39,757 nt of DNA. Source: a virus. This document shows positions 1 to 8,781 of this stretch, one piece after another. The stretch lies in the IMG/VR virus record IMGVR_UViG_3300033551_000016, one strand, 5' to 3'. Made by a program: the position numbers and the translations under genes. Position 1 is the stretch's first letter, and every line of letters begins with the position of its first letter. Under the pieces are notes generated by a model. That model searched no databases. It saw only the letters and a program-made list of their open reading frames with translations, and was not told the origin of the DNA.

Positions 1-127
1 GAACGGACCCGCTGAATGCTGGGGTGTGATTCAGGAAAACGGCCTGCGGGACGATAACGGCTGCCTGACGTGGCTGGGTCACACTCAGACAAAGGGCTAC
101 GGGTTTATCCGCTGCAATGGCCGTTAT
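1..127. repeat. Left copy of an exact 127-bp end duplication (circular-assembly overlap or short terminal redundancy)
   Basis: Bases 1-127 (gaacggacccgctgaatgct ... caatggccgttat) are identical to 39631-39757, giving a unique length of 39630 bp. Confidence 0.95.
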
Positions 128-436
128 CAGGTCACCATGCGGATCGTATGGCAGCACTTCAAAGGAGAAATTCCGGAAGGCGTGTCGGTGATGCATAAGT
201 GCGATAATCGCCGCTGTTGCGAAATCTCGCACCTTCAGCTAGGGACGAATGCGGACAACATTCTGGATAAGGCGAAGAAGGGTCGGGCTAGGAAGAAGCT
301 ATACAAAGAGCAAATTCCTGAGATTAGGAAAATGCTTGAGGCTGGCATGAGTCAAACCGCAATTGCAAAGATTTACGAGGTGAATCCATCTTCGATTCAC
401 TACATCAAGTCTGGTCGTCATTGGGCGCATCACTAA
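26..436 (+). CDS. HNH homing endonuclease (HNH_3-type) with a C-terminal HTH. The true ATG lies 8 codons upstream, across the circular junction at 39629
   Basis: Motif HKCDNRRCCEISHLQLGTNADN and the N-terminal CLTWLG...KGYGFI module are typical of phage HNH_3 endonucleases. C-terminal MSQTAIAKIYEVNPSSIHYI is HTH-like. Codons at 2-25 are in frame and continue from ATG 39629-39631. Confidence 0.85.
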   Translation: MIQENGLRDDNGCLTWLGHTQTKGYGFIRCNGRYQVTMRIVWQHFKGEIPEGVSVMHKCDNRRCCEISHLQLGTNADNILDKAKKGRARKKLYKEQIPEIRKMLEAGMSQTAIAKIYEVNPSSIHYIKSGRHWAHH

Positions 437-454
437 GGCCCGGAGGGTAATGCC

Positions 455-1051
455 ATTTCGTGGGGATACGTTGCAGTAGCAGCCGCGACCGTTATCGGTG
501 GCGCACTCAGTGCTGACGCAGCCGGTGACGCGGCGGACGCTCAGGCACAGGGTTACGACGCGGCCACGCGAGAGCAGCGCCGCCAATTCGACATCACCCA
601 GCAGAACCTACAGCCATGGTTGGCTGCGGGCCGCGATGCGCTGACTACTCAGCAGCGATTCCTTGGTGGGGATCAGACCGCCTTTACCCAGTCTCCCGAT
701 TACCAATGGGTATTCGATCAAGGCAGGCAGGGAGTGGAGGGCAGCGCTTCTGCCAGAGGAAACCTGTTCGGTGGCGGAACGCAGGCAGAGCTAACCCGCT
801 ACGGACAGGGAATGGCCTCGCAGGAACTGAACAACTGGTGGAATCGGTTGGCCGGCGTATCGCAGACAGGACAGAACACCGCCAACTCTCTCGGCAACTT
901 CGGTCAGGCTTATGGTCAACAGGCAGGAAATAACGCCATAGGGTCGGGTAATGCGCGAGCATCCAGCTACCAGCAGCAGGGCCAGATCGCTAATCAGACC
1001 ATCGGCCAGCTTGCCGGTCTGTGGGGTCAGTATCAGGGAGGCCGTGGGTGA
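455..1051 (+). CDS. Ejection / internal virion protein: N-terminal TM helix followed by a Gly/Gln/Asn-rich region. Start uncertain: the frame is open from 437, the first canonical start is TTG 620, and ATT 455 with a strong SD is proposed
   Basis: The frame is open from 437 to 1051. Codons 455-619 encode ISWGYVAVAAATVIGGALSADAAG (hydrophobic helix) and REQRRQFDITQQNLQPW, which read as genuine coding sequence. GGAGGG at 442-447 lies 7 nt before ATT 455. It sits in the ejection-gene block. Confidence 0.6.
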   Translation: MSWGYVAVAAATVIGGALSADAAGDAADAQAQGYDAATREQRRQFDITQQNLQPWLAAGRDALTTQQRFLGGDQTAFTQSPDYQWVFDQGRQGVEGSASARGNLFGGGTQAELTRYGQGMASQELNNWWNRLAGVSQTGQNTANSLGNFGQAYGQQAGNNAIGSGNARASSYQQQGQIANQTIGQLAGLWGQYQGGRG

Positions 1052-2553
1052 TGGACATTGTGGGTAATTTCCAGCGCGGTCTTGCCTTTGGTCAGGAGCA
1101 GAAAGAGCGCAAGCGCGTTGAGACTGAGCGCACCCAACTGCGCAACCTTGCCCCGCAAATCATGCAGGGCGACCCGAACGCCTACACGCAAGCCGCCGCG
1201 ATCAACCCCGAGGCGGCGGGTCAATTCCAGTCGGCCGGGGATCAGCAGTACCGTCGGGTGACCAACGTCGCCAAGATGATGCGAGACGCCATCAATACGA
1301 ACAACCCGACGGCGAAACAGCGGGCTTTCCAGACGATCCGGCCGTTTCTCCAGCAGATGACGGGCGGGCGTCCCGTGCCCGAGCAGTGGGATGATTCACT
1401 GTTGCCGGGGTTTGAGCAGTTTGAGAACCGCATTTCCATGGCTCAGGCGATTCCGAAGGAAATCCCCTCTGGCTTCCAGCAGTTCCAGCTTACTGCTCAG
1501 GCCGCCGGCCTTCAGCCGGGTTCCCCCGAATACCAGCAGGCAGCCCGTATTGCCTTAGGTCAAGAGGGCCGCGCGGCGTCTGGCGGATTCGGCTTCTTTG
1601 AGTTTGAGGGTGCCGACGGCCGGAAGCGCATGGGCCGGAACAACCCCCGGACTGGTCAGCGTGAGCTTTACGACGAAACGACCGGCCAATTCGTTCCGCT
1701 TGGCGGGGCTGCCGGCATGGGCGGCGTCTCTGCTGGGGCAGGGCCAACGGAAACCCGAGTCAACATTGAGGGTATTTCGCCAGAAAGGCAGCAGCAGATT
1801 GCAAACGTTGCTTCTACCATGCGAGCGGCTAGCGTGCCTGAAGATCGAATCGCGGCTTGGGTTTCCCAAGAGCTATCAACTGACCAGACTGTCAGTCGTC
1901 CGGGCGGACCTTCTGTTTCTGCTGTTCCAGCCGGTCTTGCCGTTGGCCGAGCCCCCGAGGAGCAGGCAGCGCTTACCACTGGCGCACAGGAGGCCGCCAA
2001 GGCTCCCTATGCGATCCAAGAGGCGCAGGCCAGGTCGGACATTGAGATCCGTGAAGCCGCCCGTAAGGCTGAGCAGGAAGCGGCCATTAAGCGCCGGGAA
2101 TCGCTGGCTGACGCAGACCAAAAGAAAGCGGTAGACGCGAATACCACGCTTGCCCTGCTTGACGAGGCCGAGAGCCTAATCAAGCGCTCCACGGGCAGCC
2201 GTGCAGGAGCCCTTCGTGATGACGTGGCAGCAACCTTCGGCGTCTCTACTGAGGGAGCGCAGGCGATTGCTGAGCTTAACCCGGTGGCCGCTCGTCTGAC
2301 GCTGGCGGTTCCTCGCATGGAAGGTCCGCAGTCTGACGCCGACCGTTTGCTGTACCAGAAGGCGGCGGGTGACTTCGCGAACCCGCAGGTTCCACGGGAA
2401 ACAAGAATGGCCGCACTTCAGTCGATGCGCCGCCTTGCTGAGAAGTACAAGGGCGTAAAGCCTCCGGCAAGTGGTTCTCGGCCGCAGCGCGCGGTCAATC
2501 CGGCCACGGGCGAAGTTCTCGTCCTCCGCAACGGCCAATGGGTGCCCGAATAA
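1051..2553 (+). CDS. Ejection / internal virion protein (500 aa), assigned by position and composition
   Basis: ATG 1051 shares one base with the upstream TGA (1049-1051). The protein is Ala/Gln/Gly/Glu-rich with no enzymatic motif and lies between the tail hub and the fibres. Confidence 0.7.
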   Translation: MDIVGNFQRGLAFGQEQKERKRVETERTQLRNLAPQIMQGDPNAYTQAAAINPEAAGQFQSAGDQQYRRVTNVAKMMRDAINTNNPTAKQRAFQTIRPFLQQMTGGRPVPEQWDDSLLPGFEQFENRISMAQAIPKEIPSGFQQFQLTAQAAGLQPGSPEYQQAARIALGQEGRAASGGFGFFEFEGADGRKRMGRNNPRTGQRELYDETTGQFVPLGGAAGMGGVSAGAGPTETRVNIEGISPERQQQIANVASTMRAASVPEDRIAAWVSQELSTDQTVSRPGGPSVSAVPAGLAVGRAPEEQAALTTGAQEAAKAPYAIQEAQARSDIEIREAARKAEQEAAIKRRESLADADQKKAVDANTTLALLDEAESLIKRSTGSRAGALRDDVAATFGVSTEGAQAIAELNPVAARLTLAVPRMEGPQSDADRLLYQKAAGDFANPQVPRETRMAALQSMRRLAEKYKGVKPPASGSRPQRAVNPATGEVLVLRNGQWVPE

Positions 2554-4343
2554 TGGCAACGCCTCCGCTTCCGCCGGGATTCGTACTGGAGGGCTCCGCC
2601 GACACGGGGCTGCCTGAGTTGCCCCCCGGCTTTGAGTTGGAAGGCCCTCCGATTCAGGACATGCCGACAATGAGTGTTCGGCCGGCCGAGTACAGCGAAT
2701 TGTCAGGGGTGACGCGTGCCCAGCGTCAGGCGCAAATCGCCGAAGTGGATGCCGAGCAGGCGGCCCGACAGGCATCCTTTGATCGTACCCAGCAGTTCGG
2801 CCGTGCTGCCGGCTTGACTGGCCGCGCCATGTTGCGCGGGCTTGCGGCCATCCCGGATCTAGTGATCGACCCCCTTGTGGGAGCCGTAAACCGCCTAGGT
2901 GAAAAGGACGCCAGCCTCAGTTCCTTGATTACGGGAGAGAATGAGCGCTATTTCCCCGAGCAAACGAACGCGGCGGGGCTGGTGGACTACTTTGTAAACA
3001 AAGTGGGTGGCGTCACCCCGCAGACCGGCGGCGAGCGCGTCTATAGCGACATGGTGGGCGGCATTACGGGTGCTGCTGTTCCTGTTGGCGTTGGTCGTCA
3101 GCTTATGCAGGGGGCCTCCCCCGTCACGCAGGGCGTTGGACGCGTGCTTTCGGCTCAGCCTATTGCGCAGGCAACTTCGGCAGCGCTTGGCGCGGGCGCA
3201 TCCTCCACTACGCGTGAAATGGGTGGCGGGACTGGCGCTCAGGTTGCCGCAGGCCTTTTGGGCGCTGTCAGCCCGGCGGCGGTTCCTTCAGTTGCGCGCG
3301 GGACTGTTAGCGGGGCTTTGGCTCGCTCAGTCCCCGAGCAAAGAAAGCAACTGGCCCGTGAGGCTCAGGCCCTTGGCATTGAACTTACGCCGGGACAGTT
3401 AAGCGATTCGCGATTCCTGAAGTGGACGCAGTCAATGCTCCGCTCGGTGCCTTTTACTGGGGCTCAGGGCCGATATCAGCAGCAAGTCGGTCAATTCAAT
3501 CGGGCGCTGGCCCGTGAAATCGGAGAAGACGCTGACGCCATTACGCCAGAGGTGTACGGATCAGCCAAGGCTAGGCAGTCGGCGAAGTTTGACGAACTTA
3601 CAGCGCGCAATGCACTAAAGGTTGATGACCAGCTAGTGCGCAGCCTGTCAAATATTGCCGACTCGGCCAAGGTGAACAGATCGGTTTCGGAAGATGTAGA
3701 GGCAGCGATTGATGCCCTGTATGCGCAAGCTACTACGGGACCGGGCGGCGTGGTGATCCCTGGCGAAGCGTATCAGGCCTTTGATTCCCAACTAGGCAAC
3801 ATCATCAAAAACGGCGGGGCTCCGGCTCACTTTCTTGGCAATGTTCAGTCAGCCGTTCGGCGGGCGATGGACAAATCCATTTCCCCTGAAGATGCGATGG
3901 CATGGCGCGAGCTTCGACGCGAATACGGAACGCGCAAGGCCATTACGCCGCTGGTCGCCAAGGCAGAGGGGGGGGAGATCAAGCCGGCACAGGTGATGGG
4001 CGCTGCGACCAGTACGCGCGCAGGAAAGGAGGCGATGGCATCCGGACAGCGTGGCAATCTAGGCGCTTTGGCCCGAGTGGGACAGGTCATGAAAGAGCCA
4101 CAATCGTCCGGAACGGCTGAACGTATCTTTGCTGGCGGCGCGCTAGGCGGCGCGACGTACATCGATCCGGTTACCGGGCTGCTCACTACAGCGGCGGGGA
4201 ACCTGCTGTCTCGCGGCCTCGACAGCAAGTCCTTGGCTCGCCTGATGGTGGCCGAGAACCCTGGTCTGTCATTGAAGACCGCCGAGGACATTATCCGCCG
4301 CTCGGCTGTGCCTGCGGCCATCGTAACGGAGCAACAGCAATGA
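2553..4343 (+). CDS. Ejection / internal virion protein (596 aa), assigned by position and composition
   Basis: ATG 2553 overlaps the upstream TAA (TAATG). N-terminal PPLPPGF repeats, a long Ala/Gly-rich body, coupled to both neighbours. Confidence 0.7.
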   Translation: MATPPLPPGFVLEGSADTGLPELPPGFELEGPPIQDMPTMSVRPAEYSELSGVTRAQRQAQIAEVDAEQAARQASFDRTQQFGRAAGLTGRAMLRGLAAIPDLVIDPLVGAVNRLGEKDASLSSLITGENERYFPEQTNAAGLVDYFVNKVGGVTPQTGGERVYSDMVGGITGAAVPVGVGRQLMQGASPVTQGVGRVLSAQPIAQATSAALGAGASSTTREMGGGTGAQVAAGLLGAVSPAAVPSVARGTVSGALARSVPEQRKQLAREAQALGIELTPGQLSDSRFLKWTQSMLRSVPFTGAQGRYQQQVGQFNRALAREIGEDADAITPEVYGSAKARQSAKFDELTARNALKVDDQLVRSLSNIADSAKVNRSVSEDVEAAIDALYAQATTGPGGVVIPGEAYQAFDSQLGNIIKNGGAPAHFLGNVQSAVRRAMDKSISPEDAMAWRELRREYGTRKAITPLVAKAEGGEIKPAQVMGAATSTRAGKEAMASGQRGNLGALARVGQVMKEPQSSGTAERIFAGGALGGATYIDPVTGLLTTAAGNLLSRGLDSKSLARLMVAENPGLSLKTAEDIIRRSAVPAAIVTEQQQ

Positions 4344-5164
4344 GCTATCGGCCGCTTGGGCAATTTCCCCAATATTTCCTTGACTCTGGTCAGCTTAATG
4401 CGGGCGGATTCGTATACACCTACGAAAACGACCTCACGACGCCAAAGCTGACCTACTCTGATGAAGGGCTGACTGTTCCCAATAGTAACCCGATTCTGCT
4501 GGACGCGGCCGGAAGGCCGGCAAGCGATGTATGGGGTGATGGAATCTTCGGCATGGAGATAGCCGATGCTGACGACGTTGTATACCTGACAGCAAACGAC
4601 ATTCAGCCGGACACAGGGGCAACCCAGTCAATTCCCGCCTTGGCGGAAGGGTTTCTGACCAACGACCTCACTAATCTGCTCTGGCAGGCTATCCTCCAGG
4701 TTCCGGATCCGTCGGGGTATACGGACTACATCCTGTCCAACGACGGCGCTAATCCGCTTTGGATTCCCCAACCTGAGATTGAGATTCCTGAGCCGGATAT
4801 TGTCATCACTACCTCGCCTAACCGTACGATCCGGATCGGCAACAGCGACAGTACGACCAAGGTACTAATCCAGACTGGGACCGCGACTGCGCCGACCTCG
4901 GGCGCACGCACAACCTCCATTGCGGTTGATCTCCCGACGCCCTATGCGGCCATCTGGCATTTCGGGGTTACGCAGAATGTAGCCTCTGTGGGAGCGTTTG
5001 GTATCGGAGCGACCCAAGCGGTAACAGGCTACACGGCGGGCTCTGCGGCCACGTCAGTGACAGTGACCTTCAATTCAGCAGATGACGGCGGCGGTTCAGG
5101 TTTCACGTTCGTGAATACGGTTCCGTTTACGTGGTGGGCCATTGGAACGGTCACGGTTGCCTGA
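4340..5164 (+). CDS. Tail fibre / receptor-binding protein, N-terminal anchor type
   Basis: ATGA overlap with the upstream gene. The N-terminus (YFLDSGQLNAGGFVYTYENDLTTPKLTYSD...NSNPILLDAAGRP) has the pattern common at phage fibre or tailspike N-termini. Confidence 0.65.
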   Translation: MSYRPLGQFPQYFLDSGQLNAGGFVYTYENDLTTPKLTYSDEGLTVPNSNPILLDAAGRPASDVWGDGIFGMEIADADDVVYLTANDIQPDTGATQSIPALAEGFLTNDLTNLLWQAILQVPDPSGYTDYILSNDGANPLWIPQPEIEIPEPDIVITTSPNRTIRIGNSDSTTKVLIQTGTATAPTSGARTTSIAVDLPTPYAAIWHFGVTQNVASVGAFGIGATQAVTGYTAGSAATSVTVTFNSADDGGGSGFTFVNTVPFTWWAIGTVTVA

Positions 5165-5937
5165 TGGCGATTCGCTACGCCATTCCGCAGCCTAGTGAAC
5201 CTATTGTCGATGGGAATGGGCACGTTACGCGCGCATGGAGAAACTACCTAAGCACACAAGTCCCTGCGGCGGACCTAGAGATTCTGATTGCTCAGATAGA
5301 GGCATTGGCTGCCCGAGTTGAGGCTTTAGAGGCTGACCAAGGCGAGGATGCCGTTATCCTTGGGCCTGAGTCGGTGGAAGTCGCTGGCCAGTTATCAGAT
5401 GGCCTAGTGCAGCTACGACTGGTTGGCGATGAAGTGTCGCCGCTCCCCGTTTCCCTCTACTCGACAGACGATGACGGAGAAAAGGGATGGAGCCTGCTCT
5501 ATCCGAACTGGGTTCCGAATCCCTATGCCGATTACCTCGTTGACGAAAACGGGGACTATCTAGTCGATGAGAACGGGAACTTTCTTACCGGACAGGACGG
5601 ATTCCCTATCCCCTTGGAGTACGGAGGGACGGGCGCGGACAACTCATCGGTAGCGGCTAACCTTGTGTGGGCAAGCCCTGATGCAATGGCCGGAGTGCCC
5701 GTTTTCCGTGTCCTTGTTGGCGATGACGTTCCTGACCACAATGACGTTAATGGCATTCAAGGCGGAACGACAGACGAGTATTACCACCTGACGGCTGCCG
5801 AGCATGCGCTCCTTTCCGCTGCCGCCAGCGGGTCGCCCGTAAACGTGACCGGCTCCCGTGGAGGCAATGCAGCGCTCGCGTCACTGCTTACTGCCATCGC
5901 GTCCCTTGGATTTATAACCGACAGTACAACGGCCTAA
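5164..5937 (+). CDS. Tail fibre protein with a coiled-coil segment
   Basis: ATG 5164 overlaps the upstream TGA. Contains the coiled coil LEILIAQIEALAARVEALEA and the fibre-typical motif NGIQGGTTDEYYHLTAAEH. Confidence 0.7.
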   Translation: MAIRYAIPQPSEPIVDGNGHVTRAWRNYLSTQVPAADLEILIAQIEALAARVEALEADQGEDAVILGPESVEVAGQLSDGLVQLRLVGDEVSPLPVSLYSTDDDGEKGWSLLYPNWVPNPYADYLVDENGDYLVDENGNFLTGQDGFPIPLEYGGTGADNSSVAANLVWASPDAMAGVPVFRVLVGDDVPDHNDVNGIQGGTTDEYYHLTAAEHALLSAAASGSPVNVTGSRGGNAALASLLTAIASLGFITDSTTA

Positions 5938-5941
5938 GCTC

Positions 5942-7450
5942 ATGCCTACAAAACAATACGGCGTAGATTTCGACCCAGCCACTACTCCGCTAGATGGGAC
6001 GGAAACCCTGTCCATCGTTCAGGACGGCACGATGGTTGACGCCACCACGCAGGACATTGCGGATCTTGCCTCCGGAACTGGCGTTGTCGAAACCATCGTA
6101 GCCGGAACCGGGATTGATGTTGATAGCACCGATCCTGCAAACCCTGTTGTCTCCATCGAAGACACGGCAGTAACCCCTGGAAGTTACACGAACGCCGACA
6201 TTACCGTTGACGCTCAGGGCAGAATTACAGCGGCCGCCAATGGCTCTGGCGGCGGAATGACCAACCCCATGACTACAGCCGGGGACATGATCTATGGCGG
6301 CGTCGCTGGCGCACCAACGCGACTTGCTGCCGCTACTGATGGATGGGTGTTGACGCTTGTCTCTGGCGCGCCGGCTTGGCAAGCGGGCGGTGGCGGAGGG
6401 CTGACAAATTGGACAGAGGCGGTTAATACGTCTGCCCCCAATGGAACAGTTCCGGTAGTTTCGTTCACTGCAACCAATGCCGCTACCGATGTGGATGCGG
6501 CAATTTTGCCAAAGGGCATAGGCGCATTGACGGCTGATATTGCCGACAACACTTCTGCTGGCGGCAACAAGCGTGGCTCTGATGCTACGGATTGGCAGCG
6601 TGTCCGCAGCTTGGCCTCTCGGGTTGCCTCCGGGCAATACTCAACGATAAGTGGTGGCAACGACAATATTGCAACCGGGCAGAGCGGAACGGTGGCTGGC
6701 GGATCAACCAACAGCGCAAATAGTACCGGCGCGGCGGTTGGAGGCGGAACCTCCAACTCAATTACGGGCGCACAAGGTTGCATCAGTGGCGGCCAGAGCA
6801 ATACGGCATCGGCCACGCACACGTCGGTATCAGGCGGACAGTCCAATACGTCAAGCGCGGCACATGCGAGCGTTGGAGGTGGGCAGGGTAATGAGGCTAC
6901 AGCGACACATGCCCATGTCGGTGGAGGTCAGTTCAACTTCGCTAACGGCATCTATTCGTGGTCGGCTGGCGGCTATTATGCAATCGCCCGCTCCATTTAT
7001 GGCGTAGGTATTCGTGCATCCGGCAGGTTCGCAAGTACGGGCGACGCTCAGAGCATGTGTGCAGTTGCGCGCGTTGCCACCACCAATGCAACCCCGGCAG
7101 CGGTCACCAACGATGGCGCAGCCGCAGGGGCGACAAACCAGCTTGTTCTCCCGAACAACAGCCTCTACGCCTTCAAGGCCATTGTGACAGTGCGTGAAGC
7201 GGCGACTGGAGACTCTGCGGCATGGGATGTGACGGGAGCAGTCAAGCGAGGGGCGAATGCTGCATCCACTGCGCTGCTTGGAACTCCGACGGTTACCAGC
7301 ATCGGCGCAGATGCTGGCGCAGCTACGTGGACAATCGCCGTCACCGCTGACACCACAAACGGAGCGGTTCGGTTTACAGCAACAGGTGAGGCAGCCCATA
7401 GCCTGAAGTGGGTAGTTGACGTCTACTCCTGCGCTCAGGTTGTTGGATGA
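5942..7450 (+). CDS. Tail fibre protein with tandem Gly-rich 15-residue beta-roll / adhesin-head-like repeats
   Basis: Motif GSYTNADITVDAQGRITAAANG, followed by 7 tandem units of the type SGGQSNTASATHTSV (nt ~6651-6950). Confidence 0.75.
   Translation: MPTKQYGVDFDPATTPLDGTETLSIVQDGTMVDATTQDIADLASGTGVVETIVAGTGIDVDSTDPANPVVSIEDTAVTPGSYTNADITVDAQGRITAAANGSGGGMTNPMTTAGDMIYGGVAGAPTRLAAATDGWVLTLVSGAPAWQAGGGGGLTNWTEAVNTSAPNGTVPVVSFTATNAATDVDAAILPKGIGALTADIADNTSAGGNKRGSDATDWQRVRSLASRVASGQYSTISGGNDNIATGQSGTVAGGSTNSANSTGAAVGGGTSNSITGAQGCISGGQSNTASATHTSVSGGQSNTSSAAHASVGGGQGNEATATHAHVGGGQFNFANGIYSWSAGGYYAIARSIYGVGIRASGRFASTGDAQSMCAVARVATTNATPAAVTNDGAAAGATNQLVLPNNSLYAFKAIVTVREAATGDSAAWDVTGAVKRGANAASTALLGTPTVTSIGADAGAATWTIAVTADTTNGAVRFTATGEAAHSLKWVVDVYSCAQVVG
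6651..6950 (+). repeat. About 7 tandem 45-nt (15-codon) degenerate coding repeats inside the fibre gene
   Basis: Translated units: ISGGNDNIATGQSGTV / AGGSTNSANSTGAAV / GGGTSNSITGAQGCI / SGGQSNTASATHTSV / SGGQSNTSSAAHASV / GGGQGNEATATHAHV / GGGQFNFANG. Confidence 0.7.
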
Positions 7451-8049
7451 CCCGCACCCGCCGCGCCCATGGCCTTGTCGTAAGGCCCGGTCTCGATCTT
7501 GTGAATGCCGATCAGCAAGCAGAACTCGTGGAGAGCGTCGGTGGCTGCGTCCATGGTCTCGGCGGTGATCGGCAGAGTTGGGACAGCCTCGTAAACAATG
7601 CGCAGGCTGTCGTGCAGGTCGGCTAGGTCGTAGGTATCGTCCCCCGCCTCCGCAGCCCGTGGGGTGGCTAGTGCGCTGGAAAGTCTTAGGATCATGCCGT
7701 CGTCCAGTTCTCCGGCCAGGTGCGCACGGATGACTTCAAGCGCCGCAGACTCGATGGATGAGCCACCCCCGCTGGCGTCCAGTTCGCGGGCGCGGTCCAT
7801 GGCTTCGCGGATCATCCATGCGACGCGAACCGAATCGCTATCGCCGCAACCCGTGTTGTCTTGGATCAGAGTCGCGACCTCGATGTCGCCGGGCCAAGAT
7901 GGCGCATGAGCGTTCGCTTCTAGCTCATTAGCGAACCGGACAACAGTTGTGATGAAGTCCTCTGCCGTGTGCAGATTCCAGTTGGCTGGGCTGTCCACGT
8001 AGTAGCGGAAAGCCCTGGCAACCGCCCAGTCGCTCGGCTGTGTGGTCAC
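7435..8049 (-). CDS. Hypothetical protein, last gene of the leftward operon
   Basis: GTG 8049 is preceded by GGAGG (8056-8060) with a 6-nt spacer. The ATG 8097 in the ORF track has no SD. The 3' end overlaps the convergent fibre gene by 16 nt. Confidence 0.6.
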   Translation of the reverse strand: MTTQPSDWAVARAFRYYVDSPANWNLHTAEDFITTVVRFANELEANAHAPSWPGDIEVATLIQDNTGCGDSDSVRVAWMIREAMDRARELDASGGGSSIESAALEVIRAHLAGELDDGMILRLSSALATPRAAEAGDDTYDLADLHDSLRIVYEAVPTLPITAETMDAATDALHEFCLLIGIHKIETGPYDKAMGAAGAGHPTT

Positions 8050-8215
8050 GGGCGACCTCCGAAAACCTGCTCCACCGTATCGCCGCCGCACCCGCATTCA
8101 CGTCCGTCGCAGCAATACTGTTCGTCAAGATCGCGTGGCAGAACCTCCCTTCTCCAGTCCCTTACAGCATTGACCAGGAAGTAGAAGAGGATTCGGGTCT
8201 TTCTGAAAATCTGGC

Positions 8216-8602
8216 TCATGACTCGTCCCCGGAAGGCTTGGCGGCGGCTGCGAAGAACTCGGGAGGCAATCTGTAGATCGGGCGAATGCCGTCAATCTCT
8301 GCTCTCGCCGCTGCCACCTGAAAGCCGTAGTCCGTCAATTCGATGCACTGCGTTCGCATGTCGTAGAACTTCACCTCGACCCACTCCCGAACACAGCCAA
8401 GGCGGGCCAGCGATTTTGCCGTGGCCGGCTTGATGCCGAAGCCGAAGGGGCGCCTGTAGTAGTGGGTATAGGTTGGGCGCCCCACGCGGGCCGAAGCCGA
8501 TATGGCGTCGTTCCACGCGGCCAGTAGCACGGACGCCTGCGAGGTCGAAAGCCGCCGCGCAACGTCGAATGCCGAGCCGCCTATGTAGGCCGGAAACTTC
8601 AT
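8216..8602 (-). CDS. Hypothetical protein (128 aa)
   Basis: ATG 8602 lies in an ATGA overlap with the upstream zinc-ribbon ORF, with a purine-rich GAGGGTGAAG stretch just upstream. Confidence 0.6.
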   Translation of the reverse strand: MKFPAYIGGSAFDVARRLSTSQASVLLAAWNDAISASARVGRPTYTHYYRRPFGFGIKPATAKSLARLGCVREWVEVKFYDMRTQCIELTDYGFQVAAARAEIDGIRPIYRLPPEFFAAAAKPSGDES

Positions 8603-8781
8603 GTCTTCACCCTCACTGCTTGCCAGCCAGCGCTGCCCCACGATGCTTGGCAATACTGGCAGTGACGCACTATGTCGCCGGGAATCGGTTTGCCGCTGGT
8701 GACGCCCTTCTTCCCGCACTCAGGGCACCGTGCGCGTTTCGGTTTTTGGTGCCCGCAGCCTTGGCCTGCGCGAATGCCCAT
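8599..8781 (-). CDS. Small zinc-ribbon protein (60 aa)
   Basis: CPEC...CQYC (CxxC-N19-CxxC). The start shares a base with the upstream TGA and the stop overlaps the next start (ATGA). Confidence 0.55.
   Translation of the reverse strand: MGIRAGQGCGHQKPKRARCPECGKKGVTSGKPIPGDIVRHCQYCQASWGSAGWQAVRVKT

Noticed and set aside
26-1051. Intein-like, or readthrough-fusion, interpretation of the HNH gene being in frame with the downstream ejection-protein ORF
   Set aside because: The HNH protein is only ~145 aa, with no Hint/splicing blocks and no C-terminal His-Asn. A TAA separates the frames. The shared frame is more simply a coincidence of insertion, although the missing start codon downstream is still reported as a finding.
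3007-3402. 131-aa alternative-frame plus-strand ORF inside the 2553..4343 gene, with similar ones at 1598..2134, 8730..9314, 8902..9546 and 10335..11096
   Set aside because: They are embedded in, or antisense to, longer ORFs that fit the coupled gene chain. Their Arg/Ala/Leu/Pro-rich composition is typical of off-frame GC-rich sequence, and they have no SD.
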